In this document: positions 29,313 to 36,764 of the stretch, piece by piece
How the letters are laid out: the number at the start of each line of letters is the position of its first letter
Position numbering within the stretch: position 1 is the stretch's first letter
Source: a virus
Taxonomy: Duplodnaviria > Caudoviricetes
Virus record (IMG/VR): IMGVR_UViG_3300021399_000130
Coordinates: 1-64,000 of that record
Direction: 5' to 3' (one strand)
DNA length: 64,000 nt
The notes under the pieces: model-generated
The model's database searches: none
Told to the model about the DNA's origin: nothing
What the model saw: only the letters and a program-made list of their open reading frames with translations
Position numbers and translations under genes: made by a program

Positions 29313-30614
29313 TTAAGCATCTTGCACGGTCCAGTTTGTAGGAATACCATTATTTCCTCTTGTCCAAGATGACATATTTGGATTTTTAACGAATGTTCCG
29401 GTTGAAGAAACACCATCTACCCAATAATCTGTACAATTATATGCAGAAATATCTGTTGCAAGACATTTGATATATTTCAAACTTGTACAACCATAGAACA
29501 TAGTTTCATAACAGTCATCTGCCAATGTTGTTGCAGGTAATTCTGGTGCTGTGGTTAAACTTGTACAATTAGAGAACATACCCCTATAACAATCCCACGC
29601 TAATGTAGTAGCGGGTAATTTAGGTGCTGTTGTTAAACTTGTACAATCACTGAACATATAGTAATAACAATATCTTGCCAATGTAGTAGCAGGAAGTTCC
29701 GGTGCTGTGGTTAATGATGTACAACGAGAGAACATACCAATATAACAATTAGTTGCCAATGTAGTAGCAGGAAGTTCTGGTGCAGTGGTTAAACTTCTAC
29801 AACTATCGAACATACCACAATAACAACCCTGCGTCAATGCAGTAGCAGGAAGCACAAGGTTTTCTGCAGAAGTTAAACCGGTACAGTTATAGAACAAATT
29901 ATAAAAAGTATAACTTGATGCCAAAGTAGTCTCTCTAGCAAAGTTAGTACTGTCTATGAGTGACATAATATTACCTTCGGCTTCAAACTTTGCTGTTGAA
30001 CCATTGAAAAAATTATAATACGAAGTATCAGTAGCATAAGTTGCATTATCACCTCTAAATTGAACAACGTCACCGGCATTTACAGAAATACTTGGTGCAG
30101 AAGTTCCGGTTTTTGCCGTAATACTGGTCCAGGTTTTTCCGCTATCTTTGCTATATTCGATTGTTGTTGTATAAGCGGAATTCTGTGCTTTCCACACAAT
30201 TGTACCAGCAGAAATAATATTAAATGTCAAAGGCTTTCTGTAATCCAGTTTAACTTTATAATAAAATACAATGGAGGTGTCCTCGGGTATATTTGCGATT
30301 ATTTTTTCTTCCTCTGCAACATATCCATCAATTACCTTTGGATACAAAATTAATTCTTGCGCCACCCCAGATAGATATTTTATTTCAATGGTTTCACTGT
30401 CAGCCAATTCTGTATCATCATACATAGATACATATTTTACAGTTAGCGTATGCGTTAATTTAGTCTCGTCGTGGGGGTTAAAATATGTCTTGCCGAGGTC
30501 CCATGTGCCTGATACCCCCGGAATACTTGTCTTAGTGCTGTTTCCGTCACCGCCGGCCCCTTGTTCATATGCCTTGAAAGCAGCATCTGTCTCATAGAAA
30601 CGAATATTTCTCAT
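29313..30614 (-). CDS. LRR adhesin C: N-terminal domain, MucBP-like domain, one cassette (5 LRR)
   Basis: Late motif 30633-30641; same caps and repeats. Confidence 0.85.
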   Translation of the reverse strand: MRNIRFYETDAAFKAYEQGAGGDGNSTKTSIPGVSGTWDLGKTYFNPHDETKLTHTLTVKYVSMYDDTELADSETIEIKYLSGVAQELILYPKVIDGYVAEEEKIIANIPEDTSIVFYYKVKLDYRKPLTFNIISAGTIVWKAQNSAYTTTIEYSKDSGKTWTSITAKTGTSAPSISVNAGDVVQFRGDNATYATDTSYYNFFNGSTAKFEAEGNIMSLIDSTNFARETTLASSYTFYNLFYNCTGLTSAENLVLPATALTQGCYCGMFDSCRSLTTAPELPATTLATNCYIGMFSRCTSLTTAPELPATTLARYCYYYMFSDCTSLTTAPKLPATTLAWDCYRGMFSNCTSLTTAPELPATTLADDCYETMFYGCTSLKYIKCLATDISAYNCTDYWVDGVSSTGTFVKNPNMSSWTRGNNGIPTNWTVQDA

Positions 30615-30693
30615 TTTATCACAATATTTTTCTATAAATAGTTAAAGTTTGGCATACTTTTTGTATATTAGTAAGGAAAACACTAAAGATATT

Positions 30694-31002
30694 ATGAAAG
30701 ATTACATTTACCTGGTTCTCACCAAGGGCTCAGACGGAAGATTCAGTACAACAGCCCACAAGACGTTTGAAGATGCACAGAAAACGCTCGAAATGTACAT
30801 AGATGCCCAGAAAGACCTAGAGGCACTGGATGGAAACATATACATCGACAGGCATAAGCTTGAAAGACTCAGGTTGCCGGAATTCACTATGAAGGATGAC
30901 GACATACTGGAGCAGGTAACAATCCATACAATGCCGACCATAGCCGGAAAGACGGTAAAATGTGTTACAGACAGATACATTATCAGGGTGGCAATCAATT
31001 AA
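30694..31002 (+). CDS. Hypothetical protein
   Basis: ATG at 30694 downstream of promoter-like TTTTTGTATATT. Confidence 0.6.
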   Translation: MKDYIYLVLTKGSDGRFSTTAHKTFEDAQKTLEMYIDAQKDLEALDGNIYIDRHKLERLRLPEFTMKDDDILEQVTIHTMPTIAGKTVKCVTDRYIIRVAIN

Positions 31003-31013
31003 ATACAGACACA

Positions 31014-31700
31014 ATGAGAGAAACATTACAGGAAAAATACTCCAAACTTCGTCAGAGGGAAAAAGAAATGTACAAAGAAATCGCGATTAAACTTTTCCCT
31101 GGGGTGGAAGAACTTGTCGGTAAGAAATTATACAAGTCCTACTCTTGCCCGAGGTGCCCGAAAGAAGAACTGGAAGAATGGACGATTACCGGATTTGGGT
31201 CCGTTGGGAAAAACCGGCACGAACTTGCTGATTACCTTGGCGGTTACTCATTCCCGTATGGCAAAAAGGTTACAAAGGTGCTCGTTGGCGAAGCGGAGGA
31301 ATATATCAAAAAATATGAGAGTGCCCCGTTGGATATGTTTAACGTAATTTTACACGTTGAAAAATACACTACGTACTCAGACGGAACAACCGCAAAATCT
31401 ACAACAGCAGAAACATTTGACATCGAGACGGGTTTTACTGATAATGTTTCGTTGAATAAGGAGGATTTCAAGGAAAAGATTGAGAAGGACAAGGAAGAGT
31501 ACGAGAAATACTACGCACCGAGGGAAGGGTATGTTGCCTGCGAAAGGTGCGGAAAACAAGTGCCTGAGAATGAAGTAGTTAAATACAAACTGATTTATCA
31601 GGCGTGGGACAATTATCGCGGAAAATATGTCACCAGCAGGATTGGTACATTTTGTTCCGGTGAATGTGCAATGAATGAACAAATGGCTTTAGAAGGATAA
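31014..31700 (+). CDS. Hypothetical protein with Cys-rich (Zn/TRASH-like) motifs
   Basis: CPRC; CERCG...FCSGEC. Confidence 0.65.
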   Translation: MRETLQEKYSKLRQREKEMYKEIAIKLFPGVEELVGKKLYKSYSCPRCPKEELEEWTITGFGSVGKNRHELADYLGGYSFPYGKKVTKVLVGEAEEYIKKYESAPLDMFNVILHVEKYTTYSDGTTAKSTTAETFDIETGFTDNVSLNKEDFKEKIEKDKEEYEKYYAPREGYVACERCGKQVPENEVVKYKLIYQAWDNYRGKYVTSRIGTFCSGECAMNEQMALEG

Positions 31701-31703
31701 ATT

Positions 31704-32735
31704 ATGATTAAAAGCATTAAATTCCCCAAGGAGGGTGCTGGATATCTATATACGAAGCCGGAAAAGCCAGGTAAGGCACCGGACAAGAAGGATTTCAGCT
31801 ATAGGGGTTATAACACCAACACCCATGAACCGGAATTCAAGCAGGAAAAGTATGACCGGGACTACAAGGAGTGGGAGGCTGACAAGAAATTTTATGACGA
31901 AAACAAGGGTAAGTTCATAAATCCAGCCGCCCCGGTACTTATGGGGAAGACCTTTAACTTCGAACCAGGCAAACTGAACATCATATTCGGTCCAAACGGG
32001 TGCGGAAAAACCACAATCCTCAAAGCCATTGCAGGAACCGCCGGAATTGTGGGGGATGGTATGACACGCCCAGAAGACCCACTCGATGTTTTTGGCTGGG
32101 ACAATGACAAAGAAAGTATTGAAGCCGTAGCTAAACGCATCGAAGAGCTTAAGCAGAACAGCTGTGAAGTTGAATGGGACGGAAATGTCGTTTATTATGA
32201 CAACTTCGCCCACACATTTAACTTTGGCAACGGCTTCATTGGCGGACTTGAAGGGACCGCTCTAGGTAGTTTTTCAGACGAGCTTACTTTTAGAATTGCA
32301 GGAAGTAAGACCAATGCCGGTAGAAGGGCTATGTGGATGCTCGGGAATGTTCTTGAATATCAGAAAATTGGACTGACCATAAAGAAAATATTTGAACCTT
32401 TTTTGAAAAACAAGAGGCAGAACGATACGTGGTATAAGTCCTACAAGACTCAGGACGAGTATTTCCAGCAATTTGAGAATTACGACAAGGAAGTGCCGAT
32501 GACAATACTGTTTGATGAGCCGGAGGTTAATTTTGACATCACGACAGTATGGAATCTATATCACAACGCGTTCCCGACAATTTGTGAAAAAATGGGGACA
32601 CAGATTATAACAGTATCGCACTCTCCAATCGTAATGTGTGAGGAAATCATCAACAATGAGCGAATCAACCTTATTTCGCTTGATGAAAGTTACACGAAGT
32701 CCGTAAAGGGGTTGCTACAGACAATGCAATTTTAA
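31704..32735 (+). CDS. Stand-alone ABC-class ATPase (AAA_21-like)
   Basis: GPNGCGKTT; ILFDEPE; ITVSHSP. Confidence 0.8.
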   Translation: MIKSIKFPKEGAGYLYTKPEKPGKAPDKKDFSYRGYNTNTHEPEFKQEKYDRDYKEWEADKKFYDENKGKFINPAAPVLMGKTFNFEPGKLNIIFGPNGCGKTTILKAIAGTAGIVGDGMTRPEDPLDVFGWDNDKESIEAVAKRIEELKQNSCEVEWDGNVVYYDNFAHTFNFGNGFIGGLEGTALGSFSDELTFRIAGSKTNAGRRAMWMLGNVLEYQKIGLTIKKIFEPFLKNKRQNDTWYKSYKTQDEYFQQFENYDKEVPMTILFDEPEVNFDITTVWNLYHNAFPTICEKMGTQIITVSHSPIVMCEEIINNERINLISLDESYTKSVKGLLQTMQF

Positions 32736-32791
32736 TATTTGATATTTCGGTTATTTTTCGGTATATTACTGAAGAATAACCGATTTATATT

Positions 32792-33394
32792 ATGAGAATA
32801 GAACCAATGGAAGGACTGGAAGACGTCCTGCTTATACACCCCGACCTGCATGAGGATGAGCGGGGTTATTTCTATGAAGTATTCAACGAAAAGGAATTCA
32901 ACGAGAAAACGGGAGGCAAGTATGACTTTCACGCACTCCAGGAAAACGAAAGCAAGTCCTGCAAGGGTGTGTTCAGGGGGCTCCATTTTCAAAAACCACC
33001 TTATGAGCAAGCGAAACTTGTGAGAGTATTAAAAGGACACGTTGTTGATTTTGCTGTTGATATAAGAAAAGACAGCCCAACTTTCGGAAAATGTACATGT
33101 GCTAAACTTACCGGAGAAAACAAATTGCAATTTTTTATACCGAGGGGTTTTGCCCATGGATTTTATGTCTTTTCCGATGAAGCGATTTTTGAATATAAGT
33201 GCGACAACTACTACAACAAAGAAAGTGAAGGAGGAATTAGATGGGACGACAAAGATATTTTACTTCTTCCATATTACAATACGGTTGGAAAATTTACTCT
33301 GTCCATAAAAGATATGTTTGATGCCCTTCATTATTCCCCAATAATTCTCTCCGAAAAGGACAAGAACAGAATAACTACGCTAAAAGACTTATAA
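32792..33394 (+). CDS. rmlC: dTDP-4-dehydrorhamnose 3,5-epimerase
   Basis: DERGYF, NESKS..GVFRGLHFQ, QAKLVRV.KG, IPRGFAHGF, YKCDNYY; promoter TTGATA-N17-TATATT at 32739-32767. Confidence 0.95.
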   Translation: MRIEPMEGLEDVLLIHPDLHEDERGYFYEVFNEKEFNEKTGGKYDFHALQENESKSCKGVFRGLHFQKPPYEQAKLVRVLKGHVVDFAVDIRKDSPTFGKCTCAKLTGENKLQFFIPRGFAHGFYVFSDEAIFEYKCDNYYNKESEGGIRWDDKDILLLPYYNTVGKFTLSIKDMFDALHYSPIILSEKDKNRITTLKDL

Positions 33395-33395
33395 T

Positions 33396-33836
33396 ATGTT
33401 TTTACAAGAAAAAATAAGTGATAAACTAATCCAGGAAAGATACGAAGGTTCCCTGGTAAAAACAACCCCGAAAGAACTGATAGAATGTTATCCCGTCTTT
33501 AAGGATTTTTTCACACACATAAACCGCTGGAATAATAAAACCCTATGTCTTAAGTTTGCCAAAAATGGCGAACACGACATCAAGGACCGTTACAGAATAC
33601 TGATTTTTAGTGAAAAACACTCATACGCAATAGATGTTGTACAAGATGATAAGCACGAAAACCCATACATTGGCTGTGTAAGCAGTTGTGAATATAGGCT
33701 GCCGCTTGAAACCTGGAACAGAGGAAGCGACCTTACAGATGGGTATAATGGGGAGAAAACCATTATGTCAATACTTTTAGATATTGTTCAAACCGAGATG
33801 ATTGGGCTTGAAGTTGAAGGATATAATAAAAAATAG
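33396..33836 (+). CDS. Hypothetical phage protein
   Basis: 146-aa ORF; ETWNRGSDLTDG motif. Confidence 0.65.
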   Translation: MFLQEKISDKLIQERYEGSLVKTTPKELIECYPVFKDFFTHINRWNNKTLCLKFAKNGEHDIKDRYRILIFSEKHSYAIDVVQDDKHENPYIGCVSSCEYRLPLETWNRGSDLTDGYNGEKTIMSILLDIVQTEMIGLEVEGYNKK

Positions 33837-33847
33837 TTTATAAGCAT

Positions 33848-34768
33848 ATGAACATACTTGTAACAGGGGCAAACGGTCAGTTAGGTAGGTGTATCCGTGA
33901 CCGTGTAAAATTACTTAAAAACACCGACAATACATATATCTTTACCGACGTTGTTGAAGATGAAAACACCGAGTTTCTCGACATAATTGACGATGACGAT
34001 GTGAAAAAGTTCGTAAGGGACCGATTTATAAACGTAATAATCAACTGTGCGGCATATACTAACGTAGATAAAGCTGAGACCGATTATGAAACGGCGGAGG
34101 CTCTCAACGCAATCGCACCCAGGACGCTTGCAGAAGCCGCATTATCAGTTGGGGCTAAACTTATCCACATTTCTACGGACTATGTCTTTAATGGTCAGAG
34201 CTTCTTGCCATACACTGAAGACAGAATGACGCTCCCCGTATCAGTTTATGGGAAGACAAAGAGAATGGGTGAGGAATTTATCATAAAAAGCGGCTGTCAG
34301 TATCTTATTTTTAGAACCGCTTGGCTTTACAGTAAGTATGGCAATAACTTCGTAAAGACAATGCGGAGTCTTTTTGGGAAGAAAGACGAGATTAATGTTG
34401 TTAATGACCAAATTGGAACACCTACATATGCCGGCAACCTCGCTGAACTCATCGTCAATATCATAGAATGCAGGACACCGCTTGAAGGAAAGGATATAAT
34501 CCCGCTACTTGAAAACGGTATCTATCACTTTACGGACGAGGGTGTATGCAGCTGGTACGATTTTGCTAAGTATATTTACGAAATATGGTCAAGTAAGGTT
34601 CTTGGTCTCGCAAAAATAAATGGAGTTACAACAAAGGAATATGGTTCAAAGACAAAACGTCCATATTACTCCGTGTTGGATAAGACAAAATATAAGACCG
34701 ACTTCAAAGGCCTTTATATACCGAAACATTGGCACTATGGCGTACGACAGGTGTTAGACTTAGACTAA
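33848..34768 (+). CDS. rmlD: dTDP-4-dehydrorhamnose reductase
   Basis: ILVTGANGQLG, NCAAYTNVDKAE, HISTDYVF, YGKTK, DQIG.PTY. Confidence 0.95.
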   Translation: MNILVTGANGQLGRCIRDRVKLLKNTDNTYIFTDVVEDENTEFLDIIDDDDVKKFVRDRFINVIINCAAYTNVDKAETDYETAEALNAIAPRTLAEAALSVGAKLIHISTDYVFNGQSFLPYTEDRMTLPVSVYGKTKRMGEEFIIKSGCQYLIFRTAWLYSKYGNNFVKTMRSLFGKKDEINVVNDQIGTPTYAGNLAELIVNIIECRTPLEGKDIIPLLENGIYHFTDEGVCSWYDFAKYIYEIWSSKVLGLAKINGVTTKEYGSKTKRPYYSVLDKTKYKTDFKGLYIPKHWHYGVRQVLDLD

Positions 34769-34795
34769 GAATAAAGAAGGAAAAACGAATAAAAA

Positions 34796-35422
34796 ATGAG
34801 TAAGATTTATAATGAACAAATACCGGTAGGTAAAAAAATAAATGGTGTTACGGTAGTAAAACCTCAAACCGAACTTAAAGATATCTGTAATGAAGGTCAA
34901 ATTTTCGACGGACCTGAAAGTAACAAGAAGGATTTGACACTCGGGCAGCGAATCTTAAAGGAATATGCGGAAGATAAAGTTCGAACAGATATGAGGTATA
35001 AGATGCAGCACGCTTTTGTGACAGAAGATGAAGAAGATAAGATTGCGGAAAAATTATGGGAAACAAGGAATAAGGACTTAGATAACGAGCCAGACGCCGA
35101 TGACGTTGGTGACAAGCCCAAAAAATGCGACTATGAAGCCCAGACGGTTAAAAATGCAAAACCACGCTCTTTTAACAATATCTGTCAGGAAATTGCAAAG
35201 CTCCACGAAAAGAAGAATAATGACTATGGCAATGCTGCAGATGCTTCATATAGGGAATTCGGCATTGTGAGCTATGTAATCAGACTTAACGATAAAATGA
35301 ACCGGTTGAAAACGCTCACTAAACCAGGAGCAAAGCAGTTAATAAAGTGCGAGAGCATTGAAGATACCCTTATGGACCTTGCCGCCTACGCAATTATGGC
35401 AATCGAATCATTAAGAAACTAA
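34796..35422 (+). CDS. DUF1599 / nucleotide-modification-associated domain 1 (MazG-like) protein
   Basis: KKNNDYGNA...IRLNDKMNRL...ESIEDTLMDLAAYAIM. Confidence 0.8.
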   Translation: MSKIYNEQIPVGKKINGVTVVKPQTELKDICNEGQIFDGPESNKKDLTLGQRILKEYAEDKVRTDMRYKMQHAFVTEDEEDKIAEKLWETRNKDLDNEPDADDVGDKPKKCDYEAQTVKNAKPRSFNNICQEIAKLHEKKNNDYGNAADASYREFGIVSYVIRLNDKMNRLKTLTKPGAKQLIKCESIEDTLMDLAAYAIMAIESLRN

Positions 35423-35429
35423 AAAAAAT

Positions 35430-35460
35430 TAAAGACCACCATTATTTGGAGGTCTTTTTC
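35430..35460. terminator. Bidirectional terminator
   Basis: AAAGACC/GGTCTTT stem. Confidence 0.65.
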
Positions 35461-35819
35461 TTATGTTTTTCCATTACGATTCCCAGAACCTTGGCTTCAT
35501 CATATAACGAGTAATCTTTCTTACCCTTTCTCAGTTCCTTCATTGTCTCACACATTTCATCATAAATCTCGCCCGGGTTATACTTCCCCTTGAACGAATT
35601 ATCCTTTGTGAGCATCTCCGTAATCACATATACATCTATACAGAACTGCTCATTAAACGGCGGACCCTCCTTTCTTTTCTTTGCCTCCCACTTTTCCGCA
35701 AGCTCAAATCTTTCGCTAAGAACATCAAGTTTGTCATCCGGAAAATCTTTTTGAAGCATCCATCGCCCTCTGAACAATTCGACTTTATTTTCTATTTCTT
35801 TCTTTGTCTCTTTTGCCAT
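35442..35819 (-). CDS. Hypothetical protein
   Basis: 125-aa ORF. Confidence 0.6.
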   Translation of the reverse strand: MAKETKKEIENKVELFRGRWMLQKDFPDDKLDVLSERFELAEKWEAKKRKEGPPFNEQFCIDVYVITEMLTKDNSFKGKYNPGEIYDEMCETMKELRKGKKDYSLYDEAKVLGIVMEKHKKKTSK

Positions 35820-35856
35820 TTTTAAAAGTATTACGTAATATTATAAAGGAAAATTA

Positions 35857-35885
35857 TTGATTAAACAATGATTTTTTTGTATAAT
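35857..35885 (+). promoter_or_regulatory. Sigma70-like promoter
   Basis: TTGATT-N17-TATAAT with TG extension. Confidence 0.65.
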
Positions 35886-35902
35886 GTAGAAAAAGGAACG
35901 TT

Positions 35903-36418
35903 ATGGCAACAAAGAAGATTACATTGACAGACGAGCATATTCGCTTGATACAGAATATAAATTTTCACGCATTTGAATTCGGTGAGGAACTGCCAATAGA
36001 ACCCATTATCGAGGCAATGGAAGAGATTGATGTAATGCCGCCGGAAAGACGCAAGAAGTTTTCCAGGCTCCACAGCAAACTTTTCGACGTAAGAAACCGA
36101 ATCAACGAATACAATGACGAAGCATCACAGAATGGCTGGGGGATTAATCAGTGGAATATGTTCGGCGGCACCTTTGTTATGGAAGATGTGGCGCTCATTA
36201 CGGGGCATTACGGGGAAGAAATCGATGATGGGGCCTCTGGTAAGGTATATCCTAAGGAACTGGAAGACCATATGTGGGAACTATACCTATACATCACCAA
36301 CAATATGGAATACATTATGAGACTTGTTCTCTGGTCAATTTCAAACGGCGGACTAACAGCTGGAACGTACAAGACAACTGATAAGGGAATAAGCTGGACC
36401 AAAGTCGATGCTGAATAA
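35903..36418 (+). CDS. Hypothetical protein
   Basis: 171-aa ORF followed by terminator 36418-36455. Confidence 0.65.
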   Translation: MATKKITLTDEHIRLIQNINFHAFEFGEELPIEPIIEAMEEIDVMPPERRKKFSRLHSKLFDVRNRINEYNDEASQNGWGINQWNMFGGTFVMEDVALITGHYGEEIDDGASGKVYPKELEDHMWELYLYITNNMEYIMRLVLWSISNGGLTAGTYKTTDKGISWTKVDAE

Positions 36419-36454
36419 AAAACGGACTCACTTGATTGTGGGCCCGTTTCTTTT

Positions 36455-36748
36455 TTAATATTCTCCGGAATCAATTGCTGCGTCATCAATATCGAGCGGA
36501 GTTTCGTCCTTGAAATTAACAACCAATTCCTTTATACGCTTGTCAATATATTCCTTGACTTTATATTCTGGGATAAAAGTAACAATCTCATCATTATCGT
36601 TACGGATTGCGATGGTTTCAATGCCATCACCGTAGTTTATTGCAATCTCGCCATACTCAAGCTGCTCGCTGGTGGGGAGTTTTGGTGATACCCCATCCTC
36701 CCCACGTTGTTTGCTCTTTATATGAATCAGTTTCCAATTCTTAGCCAT
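36455..36748 (-). CDS. Small tail-fibre-associated protein
   Basis: KLPTSEQLEYGEIAINY resembles the L..GE.A.N motif of tail-fibre N-terminal modules; directly downstream of adhesin D. Confidence 0.5.
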   Translation of the reverse strand: MAKNWKLIHIKSKQRGEDGVSPKLPTSEQLEYGEIAINYGDGIETIAIRNDNDEIVTFIPEYKVKEYIDKRIKELVVNFKDETPLDIDDAAIDSGEY

Positions 36749-36764
36749 AATAGTTCGTTAGTTT

